DNA from: an uncultured Desulfospira sp.
GTDB lineage: Bacteria > Desulfobacterota > Desulfobacteria > Desulfobacterales > Desulfobacteraceae
Reading direction: 5' to 3'
Assembly (NCBI GenBank): GCA_963663165.1
Contig: OY760175.1
Span: 4,800,001 to 4,864,000 of the forward strand
Length of the DNA stretch: 64,000 nucleotides
In this document: in pieces, positions 1-9,025 of the stretch
How positions within the stretch are numbered: the first letter of the stretch is position 1
Layout of the letters: each line of letters opens with the position of its first letter
Program-made: the position numbers and the translations under genes
Notes under the pieces: generated by a model
The model's database searches: none
Seen by the model: the letters and a program-made list of their open reading frames with translations, nothing else
Told to the model about the DNA's origin: nothing

Positions 1-1
1 T

Positions 2-1180
2 TTTCCTGCGGCCCTGCGGCTTCTGGCCACTGATTTTTATGATACGTTCAGTTCATACAGTCTGACGGTGGCACCGCTGTTCATTTTTATGGGACAAATC
101 GCTTTTCACTCGGGAATCAGCCGGCGTTTGTTTGACTGTGCGTACAAAATGCTGGGAAGCACCCGGGGGGGACTGGCCATTGCCACCATCATGGCATCGG
201 CCGGATTTGCATCCATCTGCGGGTCAACCAGCGCCTCGGCGGCCACCATGGGAACGGTAACCCTGCCTGAAATGAAAAAGTATAAATATGACATGAGCCT
301 TGCCACCGGAACGGTGGCTGCCGGCGGCACACTGGGCATACTGATTCCGCCGAGTACCATATTTATTGTGTACGGCATCATGACGGAACAGTCCATCGGT
401 ACCCTGTTTCTGTCGGGCATTGTACCGGGAATAATGCTGACGGTGTTATTTTCTCTGACCGTTTACATACTGGTTCACCTGAAACCTGAGCTAGGCCCTG
501 CAGGACCCAAAACCACGGTTAAGGAAAAAATACAATCCATTGCCGGTGTATTTGAAATGGTCCTGATTTTCGGCTTTGTCATGGGCGGGCTGTTCGTGGG
601 GATTTTTACCCCTACCGAGGCCGGTGCGGCCGGTGCCGGCATCACCCTTATGGTGGCGGTCATCCGGCGGCTGATCACCTGGAAAACCTTTTCCGCTGCG
701 GTCTGGGAAACCGTCCGGATTTCATGTATGGTTCTGACGATTATTGCCGGGGCCACATTGTTCGGCCATTTTCTGGCCATTACCCGGATCCCCTATGAAC
801 TGGCCAACATCGTCCAGGAACTGCCGCTGCCAGGGTGGGGCATCATTGGGATTATTATTTTAATTTATTTTATCGGCGGCTGTTTTATGGATTCACTGGC
901 CATGATATTATTGACCATTCCCATTTTTTTCCCCGTGATTCTCAGCTTAAATTACGATCCTATCTGGTTTGGCGTTGTCATCGTTTTGGTTGGTGAAATG
1001 GGGGTGATCACGCCTCCGGTGGGCATTAATGCATATATTGTGAACGGCGTGGCGCCAGATGTCCCGCTTCAAAAAATATTTGCAGGCTGTTTCCCTTTTG
1101 TGATCGCGCTGCTGTTTTGTAATGCCCTGCTGGTATTTTTTCCGAAAATACCGTTGTTTTTACCTAATTTGTTTAATTAA
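2..1180 (+). CDS. TRAP transporter large permease (DctM family), 5'-partial
   Basis: Frame is open from base 2. Hydrophobic protein with DctM motifs GGTLGILIPPS, FTPTEAG and ITPPVG. Confidence 0.9.
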   Translation, partial: FPAALRLLATDFYDTFSSYSLTVAPLFIFMGQIAFHSGISRRLFDCAYKMLGSTRGGLAIATIMASAGFASICGSTSASAATMGTVTLPEMKKYKYDMSLATGTVAAGGTLGILIPPSTIFIVYGIMTEQSIGTLFLSGIVPGIMLTVLFSLTVYILVHLKPELGPAGPKTTVKEKIQSIAGVFEMVLIFGFVMGGLFVGIFTPTEAGAAGAGITLMVAVIRRLITWKTFSAAVWETVRISCMVLTIIAGATLFGHFLAITRIPYELANIVQELPLPGWGIIGIIILIYFIGGCFMDSLAMILLTIPIFFPVILSLNYDPIWFGVVIVLVGEMGVITPPVGINAYIVNGVAPDVPLQKIFAGCFPFVIALLFCNALLVFFPKIPLFLPNLFN

Positions 1181-1211
1181 CATGCAAGACTATTAGTACA
1201 AGGATACCCTT

Positions 1212-2117
1212 ATGAGTAAACCACGTATTGGCGTTATTGGAACCGGTGTCATGGGCGCGCCTATGGCCGCCAACCTGGCCAAGGCCGGCTACAGTCTTAC
1301 CCTGTATGACATCAATCAGGAATCATTGCAAAAGGCGGTCGCTGCATCGCCCCTGATGACGGCGGCGGATTCCCCTAAAGCCGTTGGGCAGAATTCGGAC
1401 ATCGTCATCACCATGCTGCCGTCAGGAAAGTTCGTTCAAGAAGCCGTGCTCAAAGAAAACGGGCTGATCCAGGGCCTCAAGCAGGGAGGGCTGCTCATTG
1501 ATACCTCCTCATCGGAACCATGGATGACGGTTGAAACCGCAAAGGCCCTGGAAGCCAAAGGCATCGCCATGGTGGACGCGCCGGTATCCGGGGCTGAAAA
1601 AGGGGCAAAAGAGGCTGACCTGGTATTTATGGTCGGCGGTGAAAAAGCAGCAGTGGACCAGGCCATGCCGGTTCTCAAGGCAATGGGGAATCAGATGTTT
1701 CATCTTGGGCCCAGCGGGTCCGGCCACACCATGAAGTGCATCAATAACATGATCACGGCAATGACCTTTATGGCCACCACGGAAGGGCTTGCCCTGGGCA
1801 AGCAGCTCAACCTTGATCTTGAAGCCATGAACGATGTGCTGAATGTATCAACCGGAGGCTCATGGATCAGCCAGACCCAGTTCAAACGGCATATTTTTAA
1901 CCGCAAATTCGATGATATGTTTAAATTGCGGTTAATGGTCAAAGACATCGGCATTGCCATGAATCTGGCCGACCAGATCAAGACACCGATTCCCTTATCG
2001 GCATTGGGACATCATTTGTGGAAAGCCGCTGCCAATTATGGTAAAGAAGATGCCAGTATCAGCAACGTGGTCAGCTGGGTGGAGCACGTTACCGGTGTTG
2101 AGATTTCCAAATCTTAG
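1212..2117 (+). CDS. NAD(P)-dependent beta-hydroxyacid dehydrogenase (3-hydroxyisobutyrate/tartronate semialdehyde reductase family)
   Basis: GVIGTGVMG Rossmann motif, DAPVSG, G-H-T-M-K-C-I-N-N catalytic Lys region, F-x-L-x-L-M-x-K-D. Confidence 0.9.
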   Translation: MSKPRIGVIGTGVMGAPMAANLAKAGYSLTLYDINQESLQKAVAASPLMTAADSPKAVGQNSDIVITMLPSGKFVQEAVLKENGLIQGLKQGGLLIDTSSSEPWMTVETAKALEAKGIAMVDAPVSGAEKGAKEADLVFMVGGEKAAVDQAMPVLKAMGNQMFHLGPSGSGHTMKCINNMITAMTFMATTEGLALGKQLNLDLEAMNDVLNVSTGGSWISQTQFKRHIFNRKFDDMFKLRLMVKDIGIAMNLADQIKTPIPLSALGHHLWKAAANYGKEDASISNVVSWVEHVTGVEISKS

Positions 2118-2148
2118 GATCATGGACCCCTAACTTGAAGGCATCATA

Positions 2149-2796
2149 TTGAAAAAAACATTGAAGCAGAAAGCCTACCAGATCATTAAAAACAAGATTA
2201 TGAACTTTGAGCTCAGGCCCGGCGAGAGTATCCGTGAAAGCGCAGTGTCACGGGACTTAAAACTGGGCCGCATGCCGGTCAGAGAAGCCTTGGCCATGCT
2301 TGAGAATGAAAACCTTCTGGTTAAAACAGCCGGATATGGATATCAGATCAAAAAGCTCAAAGATTCTGAAATTAATGATTATTTTAAAATTCGATGCAAG
2401 CTTGAAAGTGTCGGGGTCCAGATGCTGATTGAACGGGCCACGGATGCCGATATCTCGCGGATGAAAAAGCATATTGAAAAAGCCGTTGAAATTTATAAAG
2501 GCGACAATATCATCAAGATGATCGAAAGTGATACCCAATTTCATGATATGATGTATCAGGCGACAAAATCAACGGTCCTTTATGATACCATTTCATGTTT
2601 ATCCAATCAGACCATTATCATGCGTGCCGCCGCGATGCAGACCCAGAGCGGAAGAGACAGCTCCATAACCGACCATATTAAAATAATGGCCGCTATTGAA
2701 GAAAGAGACCTGGAAGGACTTCAGATGCTCATTTCCGAGCACCTCAAGTTTGCCCCCATGCATTATGAGTCTATCCGTACGTTCATTTTTGTTTGA
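2149..2796 (+). CDS. GntR/FCD family transcriptional regulator
   Basis: N-terminal GntR wHTH (LRPGE...GRMPVREAL) and FCD-type D-x-x-F-H motif. TTG start. Confidence 0.88.
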   Translation: MKKTLKQKAYQIIKNKIMNFELRPGESIRESAVSRDLKLGRMPVREALAMLENENLLVKTAGYGYQIKKLKDSEINDYFKIRCKLESVGVQMLIERATDADISRMKKHIEKAVEIYKGDNIIKMIESDTQFHDMMYQATKSTVLYDTISCLSNQTIIMRAAAMQTQSGRDSSITDHIKIMAAIEERDLEGLQMLISEHLKFAPMHYESIRTFIFV

Positions 2797-2817
2797 AACC
2801 ATGAAGGAGGTCATCAA

Positions 2818-3132
2818 ATGATCCGCATGTCAGTGATGTATCCGGATACCGGCAGCCGGTTTGATATGACATATTTTTTAAGCGACCATTTGGCGCTGGT
2901 TAGAAAACTGTTAACCCCCTACGGCCTGGTGCGCGTTGAGGTGGATAAAGGGCTCAATGCCGGGCCTCAGGGTGATAAAGCGCCCTATACCGTCATCGCC
3001 CATTTGATTTTTGACAATCCGGAATCCATGCAGGAAGGATTAAAAAGACATGATCCTGAACTGGCAGCCGACACCCCCGCGTATACGGATATCAAACCGG
3101 ATTTTCAGGTCAGTGAAATGATTGACGGCTAA
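2818..3132 (+). CDS. EthD family reductase
   Basis: 104 aa with MIRMSVMYP...FD-x-x-Y...H start and D-x-P-x-YTDI-x-P end typical of EthD. SD AAGGAGG upstream. Confidence 0.8.
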   Translation: MIRMSVMYPDTGSRFDMTYFLSDHLALVRKLLTPYGLVRVEVDKGLNAGPQGDKAPYTVIAHLIFDNPESMQEGLKRHDPELAADTPAYTDIKPDFQVSEMIDG

Positions 3133-3248
3133 TGTTTGTTGTAAAAAAACAACGGCAGGCCAACACCGGGGTGCCGCGACCATTGTCAATACCGGCCCTC
3201 AAGTCCCTGCCGGAAAATTAAAATATTTTAAATGGAGAGGAAAATTCA

Positions 3249-4730
3249 ATGACTGAAACCTACAAGGCGTTTATCAACGGTCAATGGACAGACGCGGAAC
3301 AGGGAAAAACAACCCCCGTCATCAACCCTGCCACCGGGCAGATCGTTGCCAATGTCGCGTGCTGCGCTGTTTCCGATCTCAACAAAGCCGTTGATGCGGC
3401 TCAAAAGGCCGGCCCGGGATGGGCGGCCACACCAGTGGCTGAACGGTCCAAAATTCTGCTTAAAGCCTCCCAGCTGATCATGAAAAACCAGGAGGCCCTG
3501 GCCGCCCTTGAAACCATGGAACACGGCTCTCCCATGCGCAAAACCATGAACTTTGATGTGCCCCTCTGTGCGGAGCAGCTTGAATATTTTGCCGGGGTTT
3601 CCCGTGCCATGACCGGGGATACCCTGCCTGTGGGCCCCTGGTGCCTGTCCACCACGGTTCATGAACCCCTGGGCGTGGTCGGCCTGATCACCCCCTGGAA
3701 TTTTCCGGCCCTCATGGTCATCTGGAAACTGGGGGCGGCCCTTGTGACCGGCAATACCTGCGTGGTGAAACCGCCTTCCATTGCACCGCTGACCCCCTTG
3801 AAACTGGCTGAGATTTTCACTGAAGCCGGGGCCCCTGCCGGGGTGGTCAACGTGGTCCCGGGGCCTGGCGCCGAGATCGGCGAAGCCCTGGTACAGCATC
3901 CCAAGGTGGCCAAAATCGGTTTTACCGGTGATACCTCCACGGGAAAGCGCATTGCCAAATTGGCGGCCGACAGCGTCAAGCAGGTCGGCCTGGAACTGGG
4001 CGGAAAGAATGCCTTTCTGGTATTGGATGATGCCGATGTGGATGCGGCGGTTCAAGGCGCGGTATTTGGGGCGTTTTTTAATTCCGGGCAGGTCTGCGCT
4101 GCGGCCAGCCGGTTCTATATCCATGAGTCCGTGTACGACGAATTTGCACAAAAATTTGTGGCTGAAGCCCAAAAACTTACGGTCGGTGATCCCACCAACA
4201 TGGAAACTGTTATCGGGCCGGTGGCCTATGAGGGCCATAGAAATAAAATTGAAAGCTATATTGAAAATGCCAAACAAAGCGGTGCCACACTGCTGCTCGG
4301 CGGCGAACGCCCTGGTGCCCCGGAAGTCAAAGACGGCTTTTTTGTTGCCCCGACGATTTTTGGCGACTGCGATCACAATGCCCCGTTCATGAGAGAAGAG
4401 ATCTTCGGGCCGGTGGTGGGACTTTGCAAGTTCAAAGAGACCCAGGATGCGGTGAACATGGTCAATGACACGCCCTTTGGGCTGTCAGCGTCGGTATGGA
4501 CCAAAGACACGGCCAAAGCCATCCGGCTGGCCGGCAGCATTCAGGCCGGTACGGTCTGGATCAATGAGCATCTGATCATCTTCTGCGATACCCCCTGGGG
4601 CGGCTGCAAAGAGTCCGGCTGGGGCAAAGACCTGTCCAAAATGGTGCTGGAAGAGTACACCCTGACCAAGCACATTTATATTGATACCACCGGAGAAGTG
4701 GATAAACCCTGGTATGGCATATTGAAATAA
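3249..4730 (+). CDS. Aldehyde dehydrogenase
   Basis: ITPWNFP, FTG, LELGGK, FNSGQVC (catalytic Cys) and EEIFGPV motifs. Confidence 0.95.
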   Translation: MTETYKAFINGQWTDAEQGKTTPVINPATGQIVANVACCAVSDLNKAVDAAQKAGPGWAATPVAERSKILLKASQLIMKNQEALAALETMEHGSPMRKTMNFDVPLCAEQLEYFAGVSRAMTGDTLPVGPWCLSTTVHEPLGVVGLITPWNFPALMVIWKLGAALVTGNTCVVKPPSIAPLTPLKLAEIFTEAGAPAGVVNVVPGPGAEIGEALVQHPKVAKIGFTGDTSTGKRIAKLAADSVKQVGLELGGKNAFLVLDDADVDAAVQGAVFGAFFNSGQVCAAASRFYIHESVYDEFAQKFVAEAQKLTVGDPTNMETVIGPVAYEGHRNKIESYIENAKQSGATLLLGGERPGAPEVKDGFFVAPTIFGDCDHNAPFMREEIFGPVVGLCKFKETQDAVNMVNDTPFGLSASVWTKDTAKAIRLAGSIQAGTVWINEHLIIFCDTPWGGCKESGWGKDLSKMVLEEYTLTKHIYIDTTGEVDKPWYGILK

Positions 4731-4800
4731 GGGCCACGGGCCAACACCGCCCACAACGAATAATGAATGTCTTATCAGGATGTTAGTAAGACTTTCATAT
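4727..4800 (+). repeat. Structured dispersed repeat, copy D (short inner-stem variant)
   Basis: ATAAGGGCCACGGGCC-aac-ACCGCCCACAACGAATAATGAATGTCTTA-TCAGGATGTTAG-TAAGACTTTCATAT matches the reverse complement of the copies at 8472-8649 and 35863-35952. Confidence 0.8.
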
Positions 4801-4814
4801 AAAGGGCTTTTAAA

Positions 4815-5076
4815 GGAGACCGGAAACCGGAGACCGGAAACCGGAGACCGGATGCCAGATTCGGGGATTGATACGCCATCTTGCTCTTAATCATGATCCC
4901 GCTCTTGCTCTAAACAATTTGAGCAAGAGCAGGATTAAGAGCAGGCGCAGGAAAATCAGCCTTGTTGGAGCGGGCCATGCCCGCGATTCAATCGCGGGCA
5001 TGGCCCGCTCCAACCCTACCGCTCAAACCAGGGAACTTGCCGTATTTGGTCTCTCGTCTCCCTTCCTCCGGTCTCC
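4815..5076. repeat. Nested inverted short-tandem-repeat element
   Basis: Six GGARACC-type 7-mers at 4815-4856 are mirrored by GGTCTCTCGTCTCC...CCGGTCTCC at 5048-5076. An inner GCTCTT/AAGAGC-type inverted array spans 4879-4945. Confidence 0.7.
4964..5014. repeat. REP-like palindrome
   Basis: Perfect 25 bp inverted repeat GTTGGAGCGGGCCATGCCCGCGATT-c-AATCGCGGGCATGGCCCGCTCCAAC. Second copy at 47800-47856. Confidence 0.85.
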
Positions 5077-5101
5077 ATTCTTTATAACCTTGAGCCGCTT
5101 A

Positions 5102-5995
5102 TCACTCTCTGGACTGCCTGGCGACAATTTCGTGGATGGCCTTATAATCGTCGTCTGAAACGGCCACAATCCCTGCCATATTCATGTTTTTCAGCATGGC
5201 AGAAAGGCTGGGTGCCGATGAAAACATCACCTTTCTGATCTGGTCCTTCAAAGATTTGTCCAGGGCCCCGCTGAACACAAAGGGATCGTGATGGATGGGG
5301 GCGGATTGCCAGAGCACCACCACCTGGTCCGGATCCAGTCTCTTTTTTATAACTGCCTCATCAATTCTGGCCGACGAGACAAAGGCGGCATCCACATGCC
5401 CGTGCAAAACCGAATTGATGGACCGGTCATGGGAACCGGTAAAGACAACGGTTTCAAAATAAGCGTTTAACGGCTGGCCCACATGTTTTGAAAAGGCCAT
5501 GTTGGGGATGATGGCGCCTGAGGTGCTTTCCGGGTCTGTCAAAGCCACCTTGTGCTGTTTTAAGTCTTCAACCGACTTGAACCCGTTGTCTCTCAACGTA
5601 AGCAACGCCGAGAAATAGTAACTCCCCTCGGGCGTAATGAAACCTTTTTTTCTGGCAAATGAAGCAAAGGCTTCCACCCGGTGATCCCTTGCCTTTGCCT
5701 TGGCATAGGAGGCCGGCCCTAAAACGGCAAAATCTATGGTGTTGGACAAGATCCCCTCAATCACCGAATGGTAGGAAAGGGGCCGGACAACCTGTATGGA
5801 TTTTTTAAGTTTCTGTTCCAGCAGGCCGAGCAGGGGGGATAATTCCTGAATCTGCTGGTCAATATTTTTCTTGGGGACAAGGGAAAAATAGAGGACATCA
5901 GCCGTATTATCAGCCATGCAAATGTTTGCCGAAACAGGAGACCATAAAATCATGACGGCACAGGCCAGGACCTTGACAACCGTTTTCCAGCGCAT
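5102..5995 (-). CDS. Phosphate/phosphite/phosphonate-type periplasmic substrate-binding protein (PhnD family)
   Basis: Signal peptide; D-P-E-STSG and GSHD motifs typical of PhnD/PtxB-like proteins. Confidence 0.85.
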   Translation of the reverse strand: MRWKTVVKVLACAVMILWSPVSANICMADNTADVLYFSLVPKKNIDQQIQELSPLLGLLEQKLKKSIQVVRPLSYHSVIEGILSNTIDFAVLGPASYAKAKARDHRVEAFASFARKKGFITPEGSYYFSALLTLRDNGFKSVEDLKQHKVALTDPESTSGAIIPNMAFSKHVGQPLNAYFETVVFTGSHDRSINSVLHGHVDAAFVSSARIDEAVIKKRLDPDQVVVLWQSAPIHHDPFVFSGALDKSLKDQIRKVMFSSAPSLSAMLKNMNMAGIVAVSDDDYKAIHEIVARQSRE

Positions 5996-5996
5996 T

Positions 5997-8351
5997 CTAT
6001 ATTCTCCTTATAGGTGAGGTGATAAATTCACGGATCTTTTTTTCAGGCACAGGCCGGCTGAACAGATAGCCCTGAACCTGTTCGCACCCGGCCACCTTGA
6101 GGTTGATCAGCTGATCATGGGTTTCAACCCCTTCGGCCACAACGGCAAGGTTCAGCTTTTTGGCCAGGATGATGGTTGATGAAACAATGGGGCTGTCATT
6201 GTGGCTGTTCCGGATATCCTTTACAAAACTCTGGTCGATTTTAAGGGAACTGACGGGAAGGGACCGGATGTGGTCCAGGCTTGAGAACCCTTTGCCAAAA
6301 TCGTCCAGATAAATCTTGACCCCCTTGTCAAATAAGGTCTGCAGGTTTTGGGTCACGATCTGCCGGTCTTCGATAAAGGCGTTTTCGGTAATTTCAACTT
6401 CAATGAGGTTCAGCGGAATCTTGTGGGATTTTAGAATGTCCATAAACCGTGCCGCATAGTCTTTGTCCTTGAGTTCAAGGGGAGAGGCATTAACGGCTAT
6501 GGGAATCAGGTCCATCCCGGCACTCCGCCAGGCCGACTGCTGCCGGCAGGCCGCCTTGATGACCCAGGTGCCCAGGTCGGCGATCAGCCCGGTCTCTTCA
6601 GCCAGTTCTATGAAATCCAGGGGGAAAATCAGGTTGTGGTGGGGATGCTGCCAGCGGATCAGGGATTCAAGCCCCACCACCCGAAAGTCTTTCAGCCGGA
6701 TTTTGGGCTGATAGTGGAGGACAAATTCCCCGTCGGCAATGGCTGCCGGCATCCGCTGCTCAAGTTCAAATTTTTCTATGGACACGGTGTTCAGGCTGGG
6801 ATCAAAAAAACGGTATTGGCCCCGGCCGGATTTTTTGGCCTTGTACATGGCGGCATCGGCATTGAGCAGGAGGGTCTCAATATTCTCTCCATCCCTGGGG
6901 TAAACGGAAACGCCGATACTCGGGCTGGTGATGATCCGGTGGCCGTCCAGGTTTTTACAGGGAGCGGAAACGGCGGCCATGATTTTTTCTACTACCAGCG
7001 CAATATTCTTTTCACTCTTGATCTCTGTGAGCATAACAACAAATTCATCCCCGCCGAACCTTGCGACAATATCCGCTTTTCGGGTACAGGTTTTCAGGCG
7101 CTGACTCACCTCTTTGAGCAGCAGGTCCCCGATTTTGTGGCCAAGGGTGTCGTTGATGGTCTTGAACCGGTCCAGATCAATGAACAGGACAGCATAAGAG
7201 AACTTATTCCGTTTGGCCTGGAGCAGGTTTTTCTCCGCCAGGGAAACAAACAGGTTCCTGTTGTAAAGTTCGGTGAGCGGGTCAAGGGATGCCGCCCGGC
7301 TGGATGCCTTATACTCTTTTTCAAGCTTCTTGATCAGCTCATTGTTTTTCTGGTTGGAGATGGCCAGGGCATCCATGTACTCTTGTTTGCGGTCTATCAT
7401 TTTAAACAACAGCACCATGCCGGACAGGCCAAGGGTTGTTAATAGCGCCAGAATGCAAAACAACCGGTTTCTATACTGGTTGCAATCAGAAAAAAATTCG
7501 CCTAACCCGTTGCCAATGGTAATGACAAAAGGATAATCCCGGACACGCCGGTAGGTCAGATGATAATCGCCAAGGGTGGGATGTTTAAAAATCCCGGAAC
7601 CTGAAGTCCCGGGAATGACCCCGTTCAGCATGTTCATCACCGGAGATTCCCCGACAACCAGTCCGCCGCTTTCAAACCGGGCCAGTTCTTTTCCCCCGTC
7701 ATACTGCACGGTAATGGTTCCGGTTTTACCAATGTTGATATCCTGAAGCAGGTTTAGAAAATATCCAAAATCCATTTCAAGGAGTATGGCCCCTCTAACG
7801 GCAGCCCCTTTTTTCAGGGGAAACAGAAAAGGCACCTGCCAGGAGGCAACAGACCTGCCTTTTTCACGCTCCATGAGAACCGGCTGGCCGGTTTCCACCA
7901 TTTTGTCGATCTGATGTTTGATGTTGTCCGGCTTACTGCCTCTACCAGGGGAGGATTCATAACAGGATTCCCCGGACAGCTCATAAAGGGCAATGCGTGT
8001 AAAGGTTCGTTCTCCATATAGAAAGCCATGGATATCCTCAAGGGATTTATCGGCCCGGGCAAACCATTTTGAGGCAAACAGCTCAATGGCCTGGCGCTGT
8101 TCAAGAATCTGGAACAGGTTTTCAGCCAGTACTCCGGCCAGGTTATACTGCTCCCTTTCAAGACCGTTCAGCAGTTCTTTTTTGTTTTTCTCCACCTGAA
8201 ACAAAAACAGGCCCCAGGCCAGAAAAATCAATACGGTACTGAACAGGATCATCCCTTTTTTTGAAAACCGGGAGTAACGCGCTTTATGGCTGAGCGATTC
8301 CCCATTCAGGGCATCAAAGGTTTTTATGTTCATCTGTGCAGCGCTTTGCAC
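5997..8351 (-). CDS. Membrane-bound diguanylate cyclase/phosphodiesterase (periplasmic Cache-like sensor, GGDEF, EAL)
   Basis: Two TM segments flank a periplasmic domain. FIDLDRFK, RKAD I-site, RFGGDEF, ESL, DDFGKG and EGVET motifs. Start may be the ATG at 8333. Confidence 0.92.
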   Translation of the reverse strand: MQSAAQMNIKTFDALNGESLSHKARYSRFSKKGMILFSTVLIFLAWGLFLFQVEKNKKELLNGLEREQYNLAGVLAENLFQILEQRQAIELFASKWFARADKSLEDIHGFLYGERTFTRIALYELSGESCYESSPGRGSKPDNIKHQIDKMVETGQPVLMEREKGRSVASWQVPFLFPLKKGAAVRGAILLEMDFGYFLNLLQDINIGKTGTITVQYDGGKELARFESGGLVVGESPVMNMLNGVIPGTSGSGIFKHPTLGDYHLTYRRVRDYPFVITIGNGLGEFFSDCNQYRNRLFCILALLTTLGLSGMVLLFKMIDRKQEYMDALAISNQKNNELIKKLEKEYKASSRAASLDPLTELYNRNLFVSLAEKNLLQAKRNKFSYAVLFIDLDRFKTINDTLGHKIGDLLLKEVSQRLKTCTRKADIVARFGGDEFVVMLTEIKSEKNIALVVEKIMAAVSAPCKNLDGHRIITSPSIGVSVYPRDGENIETLLLNADAAMYKAKKSGRGQYRFFDPSLNTVSIEKFELEQRMPAAIADGEFVLHYQPKIRLKDFRVVGLESLIRWQHPHHNLIFPLDFIELAEETGLIADLGTWVIKAACRQQSAWRSAGMDLIPIAVNASPLELKDKDYAARFMDILKSHKIPLNLIEVEITENAFIEDRQIVTQNLQTLFDKGVKIYLDDFGKGFSSLDHIRSLPVSSLKIDQSFVKDIRNSHNDSPIVSSTIILAKKLNLAVVAEGVETHDQLINLKVAGCEQVQGYLFSRPVPEKKIREFITSPIRRI

Positions 8352-8471
8352 CTGCTACCATCCTTTACGACTATTCATCCAGGGCACCCTGCCCGGCCAT
8401 AAGTGCCGGCATGGGGAATTTAAAACTCCCTTTTTACATCCCAGGCCCTGTCCTTACAACATGTTTTTTAT

Positions 8472-8649
8472 AAGAAAGTCTCACTAACAAGCTGAAAAGA
8501 CTTTCATTTTTCGTTGTGGACGATTCTTGGTTGGATAATCCAAGCCGTCCGTGACGGTTATATGAAAGACTCAGCAACCTGTTGAGTGCTTTCAATATTT
8601 GTTGTGGGCAGTTCTTGGTTGGATAACCAAGGCGGCCCGTGGCCGTTAT
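8472..8649 (-). repeat. Two head-to-tail copies (B 8472-8561, A 8562-8649) of the ~90 nt structured repeat
   Basis: Each copy has a CTTGGTT-GGAT-AA(T)CCAAG hairpin and a GAAAG...CTTTCA hairpin. Near-identical to 35863-35952. Confidence 0.85.
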
Positions 8650-8705
8650 GCAAAAAAACGAACCTGTGAAAAGAAACCCGGCTGACAATGAGATCGATAT
8701 CATCT

Positions 8706-8770
8706 GAAACCGGCTGTCTTGTCCTCAGATCCGCGGCTTTTATGCCTGGCTTTTTAGCCAGAGGGGCCTT
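8706..8770 (-). promoter_or_regulatory. Degenerate c-di-GMP-I (GEMM)-like riboswitch candidate
   Basis: Minus strand reads AAGGC-ccct-CTGGCT-AAAA-AGCCAG-gcata-AAAGCCGCGGATCTGAGG..GACAGCCGG, upstream of a GGDEF-EAL gene. The GGCAAAC and GGACGC cores are altered. Confidence 0.4.
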
Positions 8771-9025
8771 GAATCGGGTATATTAAAAAAAATGGGAATA
8801 CCGTTGCAATGGATTTTACCTGATTTAACATAAATCTAATATTTCATTGGGTGTTGGAAAAAAGGTTGGGGGGGCAAAAAAATAAAAATGACGTTTTTAG
8901 CTTTCGGAATAAACCTATAAGTTCAGAAGGGAATAAAATAACGTTGTAACGGATCACCCGCCAAAGGGACCTGTGGCCCCAAATGGCGGGTGAACTTTTT
9001 ATACCGAAACCTTGTGTTGTCCTTT

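Noticed and set aside
3246..4376. 376 aa minus-strand ORF
   Set aside because: Antisense shadow of the aldehyde dehydrogenase; the same applies to most short ORFs overlapping the PKS and other genes.
4868..5158. 96 aa plus-strand ORF
   Set aside because: Consists of translated repeats and overlaps the phnD-like gene antisense.
8472..8649. Integron attC sites (YAAC...GTTAT ends)
   Set aside because: The ends are not complementary over R/L boxes, and no integrase or cassette ORFs are present.
8803..8823. Sigma54 promoter for the GGDEF-EAL leader
   Set aside because: GG to GC spacing is 11 nt, not the required 10.
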